A stretch of DNA of 64,000 nucleotides from Bdellovibrionales bacterium (GTDB lineage: Bacteria; Bdellovibrionota; Bdellovibrionia; Bdellovibrionales; CAYMLA01). The notes beneath the pieces are model-generated. The model did no database searches, was not told the DNA's origin, and worked only from the letters and a program-made list of their open reading frames with translations. Each line of letters starts with the position of its first letter. Positions within the stretch are counted from its first letter, which is position 1. Positions 51,599 to 61,635 of this stretch are shown one piece after another. Both the position numbers and the translations under genes were made by a program. The DNA lies in NCBI GenBank assembly GCA_965217115.1, contig OZ244239.1, positions 1,248,001 through 1,312,000 on the forward strand. The letters are read 5' to 3'.

Positions 51599-53536
51599 AT
51601 GAGTTATGAGTTATTGATTGGGACTTTAATTTTATCTCCGTTTATTGGGTTTCTTATCAACGGAGTTGGTTTCCGTAAATTTAGCAATAAGTTTTCGGGA
51701 AGTATCGCCACAGTTGCGGTTGTGATTTCTTTTATATCTTCTCTGATGTTGGTTTCTGAACTTATTAGCTTGCCTGAGGAACAAAGAAGAATTGCCGTTG
51801 ATTTTTTCTCTTGGATGAAGCTGGGAAATCTCAACGTGAATTTTGGGTTTGTTGTTGATCAAATTAGCGCGATTATGATTTTAGTGATAACAGGTGTGGG
51901 CTCGTTAATTCATCTTTTTAGTATCGGGTATATGAGCCATGATGCCCGACCAGCGAAGTATTTTTCTTATTTAAACCTATTTCTCTTTAATATGCTTTTG
52001 CTTGTTCTTGGAAGTAATCTACTCGTTATGTTTGTTGGCTGGGAAGGGGTTGGGCTTTGCTCCTATCTTCTTATTGGCTTCTGGTTCACGGACAAGGAAA
52101 AAGCGACGGCGGGAATGAAGGCATTTATTACTAATCGTATTGGTGATGCCGCCTTTATTTTAGGAATGTTCTTCCTATTTATGACAGTAGGGAGCTTGAA
52201 CTTTGATGCCCTTAACGAATTTGGTTCTCGCGCAGTGATGGAGTCGGGGTGGACGGGACCTTTAACGTTGGCCAGTTTATTTTTGTTCATCGGGGCTACG
52301 GGTAAGTCTGCACAAATTCCCCTTTACGTCTGGCTGCCTGATGCTATGGCGGGTCCGACGCCAGTATCGGCTTTGATTCATGCGGCGACGATGGTTACGG
52401 CGGGGATTTATATGATTGTGCGTTTAAGTGGCATCTTTATTATGGCACCTAATGTGATGATGGTTATAGCTATTGTTGGTGCATTGACGGCTCTATTTGC
52501 CGCAACAATTGCAATAACACAAAATGATATTAAGAAGATTTTAGCTTATTCCACGATATCTCAACTAGGCTATATGTTTTTAGGTGTTGGTGTTGGGGCT
52601 TTCGGTGCGGCGATGTTTCACTTAATGACTCACGCTTTTTTTAAGGCATTGATGTTTTTGGGTTCAGGCAGTGTAATTCACGGAATGCATGAAGAACAGG
52701 ATATTCGTAAGATGGGTGGCCTTAGAAAATACATGCCTATAACCCATATTACATTTTTTATCGGCTGGATTGCGATCATAGGCTTGCCGCCATTAGCAGG
52801 CTTTTTTAGCAAAGATGAAATTCTGTGGTTGTCTTTTCACAGTCCGAGAGGGCATGAGATTTTGTGGTTTATTGGCCTTATCGCGGCGGGGTGCACGGCT
52901 TTTTATATGACTCGTTTAATGTGTTTAACTTTTTGGGGAAAGAGTCGAATCTCTTCGGATATCCACCCCCATGAGTCGGGAATTTCCATGACGATTCCTC
53001 TTGTTATATTAGCGCTGCTCTCTTTTGTTGGTGGGTGGATAGGAGTTCCACATGTTATTTCTGATGCTCTACCAGGGCATATTCCTAATATTTTTGAGCA
53101 TTGGCTACAACCAGCCATCGCTAAAATTCCTCATTTAGCTCCTGCAAACCACCTTAAGGAGTGGGCTCTTATGGGAATTTCAGTTTTATTAGTTGTAATC
53201 TGTTCTTCTTTAGCTTTAGAGATTTACCTTTTCTCTCCAGATAAGGCTGGGAAATTGAAAAAAAGAATGGGCCGTCTCTATGATTTTTCTTTGAATAAAT
53301 ATTGGATTGATGAACTGTATTCGAGTCGAATAATTCAACCTTTGATAAATATGAGCAAAAACCTCTGGTTTTATATTGATGTGCGGTTTATTGACCGTGG
53401 AACTTATTTTTTAGCAGATGTTGTGAAGGGAGCAGGGGCTGTTGTGCGATCATTTCAGTCTGGGAATGTACAATCTTATGCAATGTATATTGTTCTTGGA
53501 GTTGCTTTAGTTTTGACCTTTATCTTGATGAGGTAG
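51599..53536 (+). CDS. nuoL: NADH-quinone oxidoreductase subunit L
   Basis: GWEGVG, GKSAQ.PLYVWLPDAMAGPTPVSALIHAATM. Confidence 0.97.
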   Translation: MSYELLIGTLILSPFIGFLINGVGFRKFSNKFSGSIATVAVVISFISSLMLVSELISLPEEQRRIAVDFFSWMKLGNLNVNFGFVVDQISAIMILVITGVGSLIHLFSIGYMSHDARPAKYFSYLNLFLFNMLLLVLGSNLLVMFVGWEGVGLCSYLLIGFWFTDKEKATAGMKAFITNRIGDAAFILGMFFLFMTVGSLNFDALNEFGSRAVMESGWTGPLTLASLFLFIGATGKSAQIPLYVWLPDAMAGPTPVSALIHAATMVTAGIYMIVRLSGIFIMAPNVMMVIAIVGALTALFAATIAITQNDIKKILAYSTISQLGYMFLGVGVGAFGAAMFHLMTHAFFKALMFLGSGSVIHGMHEEQDIRKMGGLRKYMPITHITFFIGWIAIIGLPPLAGFFSKDEILWLSFHSPRGHEILWFIGLIAAGCTAFYMTRLMCLTFWGKSRISSDIHPHESGISMTIPLVILALLSFVGGWIGVPHVISDALPGHIPNIFEHWLQPAIAKIPHLAPANHLKEWALMGISVLLVVICSSLALEIYLFSPDKAGKLKKRMGRLYDFSLNKYWIDELYSSRIIQPLINMSKNLWFYIDVRFIDRGTYFLADVVKGAGAVVRSFQSGNVQSYAMYIVLGVALVLTFILMR

Positions 53537-53537
53537 T

Positions 53538-55076
53538 TTGATGTTATTAAGTGCGATTGTTTTTTGTCCACTTGTCTATGCTGTTTTTCTTATGCTGTTG
53601 CCTGGCCATCGCATAGTGCGTCCAATTGCTCTTCTTTTTAGCTTAGTTGAGTTTGCTTTGAGTTTGTTGTTGCTGAGTTATTTTGATCCAAATTCGGCAC
53701 AATTGCAGCTTGTTGAAAAATATACTTGGATCGAGAGGTTTGGGATCAATTATTTTTTTGGAATTGATGGAATATCATTTTGGCTAGTTCTTTTAACAAC
53801 ATTCATGTTGCCGATTATTGTTTTAGCAAGTTGGAAATCTATTGATAAAAGGGTTAAGGGGTTTTACGCAATGATGTTTGTTTTACAGACAGCTATGCTA
53901 GGGACCTTTTTAGCTCTTGACGGAATTTTCTTTTATTGCTTTTGGGAGCTGTCCCTTGTTCCTATGTATTTCATTGTGGGTATATGGGGGGGGCCGAAGC
54001 GGATATATGCTACGGTGAAATTTTTTATATTTACCATGTCAGGCTCCGTGTTGATGTTGATTGCAATGATTTACATGATGTTTTTAAACATGGAAACAAC
54101 AGGAGTTATGAGCGCTAATTTGATTGATTGGTATCAGCTAAAGATACCGTTTGTTTCGGTGGCATTTTTAAGTCCTCAGACGCTTATGTTTTTTGCCTTT
54201 GCACTGGCTTTTTCCATTAAAATTCCAGCATTTCCCCTGCACACATGGTTACCTGATGCTCACACGGAAGCCCCGACTCCAGGATCGGTTATTTTAGCGG
54301 CAGTGATGTTAAAAATGGGTGGTTATGGTTTGATGAGATTCACCATTCCGTTATTTCCCCAGGCTGCGGAGCAGTGGGCGTGGCTGTTTCTTCTTTTAGG
54401 GGCGATTGGTATTATTTATGGAGCACTTGTAGCGATGGTGCAGACGGATATAAAAAAACTAGTGGCCTATTCGTCTGTTTCTCACATGGGTTACGTAATG
54501 ATGGGTCTTTTTGCGATGAATGTGTATGGCATGACAGGTGGTCTTTATCAGATGCTTTGCCACGGAATCAGTACAGGGGCATTGTTTCTTTTGGTGGGAA
54601 TGATTTATGAAAGAACTCATTCACGGGAAATTAAAAAATACGGAGGCTTGGCTTTGGCGATGCCCATTTATACGATCTTCTTTTTTATAATAACTCTTTC
54701 GAGTATTGCGGTGCCGTTGACGAATGGATTTATCGGTGAATTTATGATTTTACTAGGAGTTTTTCAGGTTCATCCTGGTTATGCGATGGCAGCAGTTCTA
54801 GGAGTGGTTCTGGGAGCGGCTTATATGCTTTGGATGTTTAAAAGAGTCTTTTTTGGTTTGCCTGGTGAATTGGTTAAGGGAGACAGAGAGGGCGTGTTTA
54901 GTTCTTTATTAAAAGACATTGGGGCGCGAGAAGTTAGCGTGCTTGTTCCATTGGTAATTTTGGTTTTTGCTATGGGAATCTTTCCAAATTATTTTCTCGA
55001 CTGGAGTAAAAAGAGCTTAGATCATTTATTAAAAAACAAAAAGACCTATAGTTTAGTTATAGAGGGTAAACGATGA
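53538..55076 (+). CDS. nuoM: NADH-quinone oxidoreductase subunit M
   Basis: HTWLPDAHTEAP, LKMGGYG, AYSSVSHMG. Confidence 0.97.
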   Translation: MMLLSAIVFCPLVYAVFLMLLPGHRIVRPIALLFSLVEFALSLLLLSYFDPNSAQLQLVEKYTWIERFGINYFFGIDGISFWLVLLTTFMLPIIVLASWKSIDKRVKGFYAMMFVLQTAMLGTFLALDGIFFYCFWELSLVPMYFIVGIWGGPKRIYATVKFFIFTMSGSVLMLIAMIYMMFLNMETTGVMSANLIDWYQLKIPFVSVAFLSPQTLMFFAFALAFSIKIPAFPLHTWLPDAHTEAPTPGSVILAAVMLKMGGYGLMRFTIPLFPQAAEQWAWLFLLLGAIGIIYGALVAMVQTDIKKLVAYSSVSHMGYVMMGLFAMNVYGMTGGLYQMLCHGISTGALFLLVGMIYERTHSREIKKYGGLALAMPIYTIFFFIITLSSIAVPLTNGFIGEFMILLGVFQVHPGYAMAAVLGVVLGAAYMLWMFKRVFFGLPGELVKGDREGVFSSLLKDIGAREVSVLVPLVILVFAMGIFPNYFLDWSKKSLDHLLKNKKTYSLVIEGKR

Positions 55077-56551
55077 AAATCGATTTTGGTTTGCAGGATA
55101 TTTTATTGGTTTCGCCTATTTTGGCTTTACTTGTGACGAGTATGATTCCTCTTACGATTAAAGTTCTTAGGGGAAATAGAGAGCAGGAATCATCGGCGAC
55201 ACTGTTTCAATCTTTGGTGGGAATTGCCGTGGCGATTATTCTCTCGGTGGTTTTTTCAGGTACAGGAAAAACTGTTTTTTCAAGGGCACTTATTTTTGAT
55301 GGGATATCGATGTGGATGTCAGTGATGACGTTGCTTATTACGGCGGGAAGCTTGTTTTTAGCCCATGAAAATGTGGCAACCCGTGGCAGACAGTTTTCGG
55401 AGCTTGTGTTTCTTATTTTGGGTTCCACTATTGGTATGCTGATAATGATTTGGTCGAATGATCTTTTGACCTTATTTATTGGTTTAGAAACGATGTCCTT
55501 GCCTCTGTATCTTATTATTGGCATGAGCCATGAAGAAAAGCTGTCAAAAGAGGCGTCTTTAAAATATTTTATTTTAGGAAGTTTTGCCTCGGCTGTTTTT
55601 CTCTATGGCGTAGCGATGATTTTTGGTGTGGTGGGCAGCACTTATTTTTCTGAAATAGCAAAAGTGGCTGAAGAGTTTTCTTCAGTGAATCGCTTGTTTT
55701 TGTTTGGTCTGACTTTACTGAGTTTGGGGTTTTGTTTTAAGGTGTCTATTTTTCCTTTTCACGCTTGGACGCCTGATGTTTACCAGGGATCGGCAACCCC
55801 GATAACCTCTTATATGGCTACGGCGGTCAAAGCCGTTTCATTCATAGCATTTTTGCGTATAGCGCTCATGCAGGGCTTTCTTGGATCTGAGGAACTTTTT
55901 GATACTTTGCAGTGGTTGGCTGTGTTGACGATGATTGTTGGGAATGTGGCGGCTATTTTACAGGATAATTTTAAAAGAATGTTGGCTTATTCGAGCGTGG
56001 CCCATTCGGGTTATGCATTGGTGGGAATTATAGCAGCAGGGGTTGGTGGCGACGCTGGGCTGGGGGCATCGGGACTGATTTTCTATATGTTTTCCTACAG
56101 TATAATGACCTTGGGAGCTTTTGCGATTGTTTGTTTGTTTGAAAAAAACGAAAATGATTCGTTGAGTGTAACAGATTTTAAGGGTTTTTCTTCAAAGCAC
56201 CCTTGGTATGCCTTGGCTTTGACTGTGATTATGTTGAGTTTGGCTGGCATTCCACCAACAGTTGGTTTTTTTGGTAAGTTCTATCTTTTCACTGCAGCTA
56301 TTGGAGAGGGGCTTCTTTGGTTAGCGCTATGGGGTGTTATTGGTTCAGTGATAAGTGTTTATTATTATTTACGACCTGTGGTCTTAATGTATATGAGTGA
56401 TGGAGCTGAGGAACAGCCGATTATTGAGCTAAGAAAGGGGCTGAATGGTACGAAGCTTGTTGTGTGGATCACTGTTCTTCTTGTGATTTTAATTGGCCTT
56501 ATGTCGTCGCCTTTTTATTACATGGTAGAGTCCTCTGTGCGTAATATTTAG
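55073..56551 (+). CDS. nuoN: NADH-quinone oxidoreductase subunit N
   Basis: EASLKYF, PFHAWTPDVYQG, LSLAGIPP. Confidence 0.96.
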   Translation: MKIDFGLQDILLVSPILALLVTSMIPLTIKVLRGNREQESSATLFQSLVGIAVAIILSVVFSGTGKTVFSRALIFDGISMWMSVMTLLITAGSLFLAHENVATRGRQFSELVFLILGSTIGMLIMIWSNDLLTLFIGLETMSLPLYLIIGMSHEEKLSKEASLKYFILGSFASAVFLYGVAMIFGVVGSTYFSEIAKVAEEFSSVNRLFLFGLTLLSLGFCFKVSIFPFHAWTPDVYQGSATPITSYMATAVKAVSFIAFLRIALMQGFLGSEELFDTLQWLAVLTMIVGNVAAILQDNFKRMLAYSSVAHSGYALVGIIAAGVGGDAGLGASGLIFYMFSYSIMTLGAFAIVCLFEKNENDSLSVTDFKGFSSKHPWYALALTVIMLSLAGIPPTVGFFGKFYLFTAAIGEGLLWLALWGVIGSVISVYYYLRPVVLMYMSDGAEEQPIIELRKGLNGTKLVVWITVLLVILIGLMSSPFYYMVESSVRNI

Positions 56552-56580
56552 TTTTTCATTAAAATTTTTCAGATAAGTTA

Positions 56581-57792
56581 TTACAGATCATGCTTGCGAA
56601 GAACCGTCAAAGCTGAGCGAAATCCTGTGCGGACGATGCGTTTTAAAATTTCTGGGTTTAGGCTGAAATGATCAACAAAGAACATCTCATAATCCTGTGG
56701 GTCAGGCTTGATATAAAGATAGTCGACATTTGAACGATAGTTAACTCTCTCTGAAATAATCTCAAGTAATTTTTCTCGATGTTCAGAGGGGAGATCCACT
56801 TGTTTTAAATAGCCATTGATAGCGTTGTAAATGTGACGAATATCATCCTGTCTCTCGATGTGCTTTTGGATTTTTTGTTCGATAACTTGGTAGAGAGCTT
56901 GATTCAAAATAATGGGTATTCCGTATTCGTGTAGGCTCCCCATAGTGTCATTATAATGGTATGGCTGAACAGAATAGCTAGAGATAATTAAATCGGCACC
57001 ATGGTCGGCAGCAACATGGGCAGACAGGGTTTCGCGAATTTCTCCATCAAAAAAGAAAATCTCTTCTCCGCTTTTGTTTTTAATTCCGTAGGGAGCAAAA
57101 ACTGGAGGAAGGCTACCTGAGGCGGCAACAGCCTCACTAATAGTGGCATAGTCAGCATATTCGGTTGTAGGGTCCTTTGTGGTTTGCCCATGATTGCTAA
57201 AAATAACCTTACAACTGTGGTTAAGCTGAGTAGCCACAATAAAGAGTTCAGCATCTAAAGCACTGAAATTATTGTTTAAAAAAACATGTTCGCGCAAGTA
57301 CTTCTCAATTCCATGGGCAGTAAAGAGTCCGTTGAGCTTGAAGCCGTTTTTTATAAGGGCCTCCAGTCCTCCGCTGACGAGGGACTTGCTGAACAGTGAT
57401 TTTGGTAAAAAGCGCAGAAAGTTTTTGCTGTTAATAGAAAAAATATCTTTGTAACCGAGGGGTTTGAGTCGCCCGTCTCCCCTTGGTTTGGAAGTGTCTT
57501 TTTTTCCAATGCCGATTTCGAAAGCATGAACAAGTGATTCAACACTGTATCCAGAGGCGAGAATAGAGCTAACAACGGCGCCAGCACTTGAGCCGACATA
57601 AGTGCGAATAAGCCTGGGGTCATCGGTCTCTTCGTGGTTGGTTGTGCTGTCTTCGGAGGGATGGTTACTACCACCAGCAAAGCGAAAACCCCTTTCCTGG
57701 AGGGCAAGACAAACGCCAATATGAAAAGCTGCCGCTTTAATTCCCCCGCCACTTAAGACAAGAGCTACTTTTTTTTTGTTGTTGAGCTTCAT
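56581..57792 (-). CDS. Patatin-like phospholipase
   Basis: LVLSGGG, GSSAG nucleophile elbow, DGE; start moved to MKLNNKKKVAL. Confidence 0.88.
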   Translation of the reverse strand: MKLNNKKKVALVLSGGGIKAAAFHIGVCLALQERGFRFAGGSNHPSEDSTTNHEETDDPRLIRTYVGSSAGAVVSSILASGYSVESLVHAFEIGIGKKDTSKPRGDGRLKPLGYKDIFSINSKNFLRFLPKSLFSKSLVSGGLEALIKNGFKLNGLFTAHGIEKYLREHVFLNNNFSALDAELFIVATQLNHSCKVIFSNHGQTTKDPTTEYADYATISEAVAASGSLPPVFAPYGIKNKSGEEIFFFDGEIRETLSAHVAADHGADLIISSYSVQPYHYNDTMGSLHEYGIPIILNQALYQVIEQKIQKHIERQDDIRHIYNAINGYLKQVDLPSEHREKLLEIISERVNYRSNVDYLYIKPDPQDYEMFFVDHFSLNPEILKRIVRTGFRSALTVLRKHDL

Positions 57793-58116
57793 GTTTTGAT
57801 TATCTCTCAAATCAGATAAGAGGCCAATAGGCATTGGTGTTATTTGTAGAGAACTAGATAATAAGCCAACAAGCCCTGGTATTATTTGCAGAGAACGGGA
57901 CAATAATGAAACTATTAGGGCGTTAAAAAAAACAGATTAACCAATGAATACTCATAAAACCCTTAGAGATGATTTGAGGAAAAGGTTTTAACGCATGGTC
58001 ACGAAGTTACTAGACGTAGGTCTAAATGTGGTTTTGTGTCTTTAGGACCTATTTATTTGGGCTTGCCAAGCACCTGGACTATGGTAAGGTTGGATAGTCG
58101 GCAAGGAGAGGGCATC

Positions 58117-58575
58117 GTGAATTCGGCAACTTGGTTATCACTCACTGATTATTCAACTAAATACAGAGTTAGTGTGTCGACGTTACGCCGTAGGATTAAA
58201 TCCAATGATGTCCCCTTTGAGTTTAGAGATGGAAAGTACCTCTTGAAAGACAAGGCGCAGTCCCTTCACCGTTGGCATCGTCCCTCCCTGGATATATGTG
58301 ATGAAGAGATTGTCGCTAAACACCGCCCCTCCCTGGAGCAAAACAAAAAAGAAGAGAGCGCGCCAGCCGTTCTTGAAACAGCAAATAGGATGATTAATGA
58401 GTTAAAATCAGCCTATGATTTAGCTCTCAAAGAAAAACAAGAGCAGATATTATCGTTAAAAGGAGAGCTGGTTGGTTTGCGAACTCTTGTTAGCGTGTTG
58501 GAGTCAGAGAATGGAAAATTAAAAAAGGCGAAGTTAGAGTCGGCTTTTTCATTACCCCATCATAGTCTTAAATAA
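58117..58575 (+). CDS. Small HTH plus coiled-coil protein
   Basis: GTG start after AGGAGAGGG; WLSLTDYSTKYRVSVSTLRRRIK HTH-like segment; heptad C-terminus. Confidence 0.7.
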   Translation: MNSATWLSLTDYSTKYRVSVSTLRRRIKSNDVPFEFRDGKYLLKDKAQSLHRWHRPSLDICDEEIVAKHRPSLEQNKKEESAPAVLETANRMINELKSAYDLALKEKQEQILSLKGELVGLRTLVSVLESENGKLKKAKLESAFSLPHHSLK

Positions 58576-58582
58576 AAGCTTT

Positions 58583-60979
58583 TTAAGCAGCAGCTTGCTT
58601 GCTTGCACCTTTCTTCTTTTCTCGAATTGTTTTTGTGGCTTTTTCTTTGATAAGAACGATGGATAGAACTTCATCTAGGTTTTCAACAAAGATAAAATTA
58701 ATTTTTTCTTTAAACTCTTTAGGAATGTCAGAGATATCTTTTTTACAAGACATTGGAATAATGACATCTTTAATTCCTTGATTCAAAGCAGCCAAAGCTT
58801 TTTCTCGAACGCCTCCGACAGGAAGAACTCTCCCCGAGAGAGTGAGCTCACCCGTCATGGCAATATCATGACGAATAGGGGTGTTAGTCATTAAACTGAT
58901 TAAAGTTGCCGCCAATGTAATTCCAGCTGAAGGCCCGTCTTTAGGAATAGCTCCCGCAGGAAGATGAACATGGATTTCATATTTATTAAAAAAACTTTCA
59001 TCAATACCCAGTTCTTCATGATGGGCACGAGCATAGGACATAGCTGCTTGGGCAGATTCTTTCATCACATCACCGAGTTGCCCTGTTAGTTTGAGGCCAC
59101 CTTTGCCCTTCATCTTTAAAGCTTCGATAAAAAGAGTTTCTCCTCCAGCTTGAGTCCATGCAAGACCAGTGGCAACACCGACTTGGGATTCTTTGAGGCG
59201 CTCTTCTCTAGTAAACTTAGCAGCACCAAGAAGTTCTGAAACTTTTTTTGCATTTAGAATAATCTTTTCTTTGTGTCCAGTGACAACATATTTTGCAACC
59301 TTACGACATATTGATCCAACTTCTCGTTCAAGGTTTCTTAATCCAGCTTCACGGGTGTAGCCAGAAATAAGAGTTTTTATTCCTTCATCAGTGAATTCAA
59401 TTTGATCATGATTAAGACCATTATTCTCAATTTGTCGATCAATGAGATGTTTTTTAGTAATAAGCAATTTATCATTTTCTGTGTACCCAGAAAGATAAAT
59501 AATTTCCATTCTATCTCTTAGCGCTGGAGGAATATTTTCCAGAACATTGGACGTTGCCACAAAGAGACATTTACTTAAGTCAAAATCTACATTGAGGTAG
59601 TTATCTCTAAATGTTGAATTTTGAGCTGGGTCTAGAACTTCTAGCATAGCAGAACTAGGATCTCCACGGAAATCACTTCCCAATTTATCAATTTCATCTA
59701 GAACAATAACAGGGTTATTTGTTTTAACTTGTTTTAGGGCTTGAATAATTTTTCCTGGCATAGCTCCGACATAGGTGCGTCTGTGTCCACGGATTTCGGC
59801 CTCATCTTTAACTCCACCAAGAGCGATACGAAAATACTCTCGCCCCATCGCTTTAGCTATGCTTTTGCCGAGAGATGTTTTTCCAACCCCTGGAGGGCCT
59901 GAAAAACAAAGAATAGGCCCTTTCATATCTGCTTTAAGACTACGGACAGCAAGAAATTCTAAAATACGATCTTTTATTTTGTGTAAATCATAGTGATCTT
60001 CGTCGAGGACGATTTTAGCATGGGTGAGATCCAGATTATCTTCACTTGATTTATTCCAAGGAAGATCTGCGAGTGAATCTAAATAAGAGCGAATCATAGA
60101 GGCTTCACTTGCATCAGGGTGCATTTTCTCTAGACGAGCAAGCTGTTTTAGAGCTTCTTCTTCAACTTCTGAAGGCATCTTTGCCATCTCAATTTTTTTA
60201 TAAACCTCTTCGATCTCTTCAGAACGGGAGTCTCCATCACCAAGCTCACTTTTAATCGCCTTCATTTGTTCTCGAAGAAAATGCTCTCTTTGTGAACGGC
60301 TCATTTCATCTTTTGCTGTTGAACGAATCTGTTGTTGCATTTGTAAAATTTCTAGTTCTTTAGTTAATATTTGATTAACAAGATCTAGGCGTTCTTTGTG
60401 ATCTTGAGTTTCAAGAACCTTTTGTGCGCTTTCAACACTTAGCCCTAAGTTACTGGCAATAAGATCAGCGAGACGACCTGGGCTTTCTACATCATCGAGA
60501 ACCAGTAGAATGTCGGGTGAGAGCATTTTTCCAAGAGAAATAATTTTTTCAATTTGTTCTTTTGCATGACGGATCATAGCTTCACATTCTAAGAAAAGAG
60601 AATCTTTCTTTGGCTCATCAATTTTATCTATACTAACTTCAAAAAATGGAGAGAGCTGTTTAAAATCTTTAATAGTGCCTTTACCAACACCTTGGATGAG
60701 TATTTTAACTCGCCCGTCAGAGAGTTTACGCATGCGCATAATCATGGCGATTGTTCCGGTGGTATAAATAGAGTCACGGGAGGGACTTTCTTCTGTTATG
60801 TCTCTCTGAGAAGAGAGAAAAATAAAACGATTTTTTGTCAGAGCTTCTTCAACGGCACTAATAGAGCTTTCTCGTCCAACAAAGAGAGGAAGTATCATGT
60901 AGGGAAAGACAACAATATCCCTTACAGGCAACAGTGGTAATGTTTCAGGGACCTCTAAGGTCTTATCATCAAAACTCAT
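58583..60979 (-). CDS. lon: ATP-dependent Lon protease
   Basis: GPPGVGKTS, RGHRRTYVGA, LDEIDK, PKDGPSAG. Confidence 0.98.
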   Translation of the reverse strand: MSFDDKTLEVPETLPLLPVRDIVVFPYMILPLFVGRESSISAVEEALTKNRFIFLSSQRDITEESPSRDSIYTTGTIAMIMRMRKLSDGRVKILIQGVGKGTIKDFKQLSPFFEVSIDKIDEPKKDSLFLECEAMIRHAKEQIEKIISLGKMLSPDILLVLDDVESPGRLADLIASNLGLSVESAQKVLETQDHKERLDLVNQILTKELEILQMQQQIRSTAKDEMSRSQREHFLREQMKAIKSELGDGDSRSEEIEEVYKKIEMAKMPSEVEEEALKQLARLEKMHPDASEASMIRSYLDSLADLPWNKSSEDNLDLTHAKIVLDEDHYDLHKIKDRILEFLAVRSLKADMKGPILCFSGPPGVGKTSLGKSIAKAMGREYFRIALGGVKDEAEIRGHRRTYVGAMPGKIIQALKQVKTNNPVIVLDEIDKLGSDFRGDPSSAMLEVLDPAQNSTFRDNYLNVDFDLSKCLFVATSNVLENIPPALRDRMEIIYLSGYTENDKLLITKKHLIDRQIENNGLNHDQIEFTDEGIKTLISGYTREAGLRNLEREVGSICRKVAKYVVTGHKEKIILNAKKVSELLGAAKFTREERLKESQVGVATGLAWTQAGGETLFIEALKMKGKGGLKLTGQLGDVMKESAQAAMSYARAHHEELGIDESFFNKYEIHVHLPAGAIPKDGPSAGITLAATLISLMTNTPIRHDIAMTGELTLSGRVLPVGGVREKALAALNQGIKDVIIPMSCKKDISDIPKEFKEKINFIFVENLDEVLSIVLIKEKATKTIREKKKGASKQAAA

Positions 60980-61029
60980 CTCTCTCCTCCATAATTTCTA
61001 AAACAATGGCATTTCTGATAGTAAGAGTT

Positions 61030-61057
61030 TTTTCGGCTAGAAAAAGGCGGGCCTTTA
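61030..61057 (-). promoter_or_regulatory. Putative sigma28 (FliA) promoter upstream of lon
   Basis: Minus strand TAAAG-N15-GCCGAAAA, about 50 nt before the lon start. Confidence 0.5.
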
Positions 61058-61100
61058 AGAAAAAGAGAGCATCAAAGGTCTGGAATTTATAATTATTGCT

Positions 61101-61135
61101 AAAACACCCTACAACAGTTGGTAGTAGGGTGTTTT
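61101..61135. terminator. Intrinsic terminator downstream of dksA (potentially bidirectional)
   Basis: AAAACACCCTAC-N11-GTAGGGTGTTTT. Confidence 0.75.
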
Positions 61136-61193
61136 GGTGGGGAGAAAGGTAAAACGTTAGTCCTGTTGGAAAGAGAGTTTCCTACTATTTTAT

Positions 61194-61559
61194 TTATAGA
61201 GACCTGTATCTTTTTAGAAAAGATTCTCGAATTTCAGCACCTTCAATACTTAGGCGAGTCCATGGAATAATAAGAAGACGCTCTTCCTCAATAGGATCAT
61301 TTGTTTCATCACAAGAGCCAAAAGCCCCCTGTTCTATTCTACCTAATGCTGCCTCTATCTCTACAAGCGTTGCTCTATATTTGTTTTGTATGGAGAGAGA
61401 TCTATTTTCTGCTGAAATACCAAGAGATTGGTCTATTTCATCACCACCGTTATCACGGGAGAGGAGTTCTGTTTTTAAATTAGAGAGAATCTCTAAAAGG
61501 TCTTGTTTTTTAGAGAGAAGTTTTTTTTTACACTCTGTAATGAGTTCTTTTTTTAACAT
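61194..61559 (-). CDS. dksA: DksA/TraR family protein, non-C4 (zinc-independent-like) variant
   Basis: Coiled coil with DEIDQS, IEAALGRIE.G.FG.CDET...IEEERL..IPWTRLS. Confidence 0.85.
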   Translation of the reverse strand: MLKKELITECKKKLLSKKQDLLEILSNLKTELLSRDNGGDEIDQSLGISAENRSLSIQNKYRATLVEIEAALGRIEQGAFGSCDETNDPIEEERLLIIPWTRLSIEGAEIRESFLKRYRSL

Positions 61560-61635
61560 TGAGGTCTCCTTTTTAAAACTTTTGGCTAAAATTATGGCCA
61601 TTTTAAAAAGAAGACACAGGGGGAATAGAAAGGGG

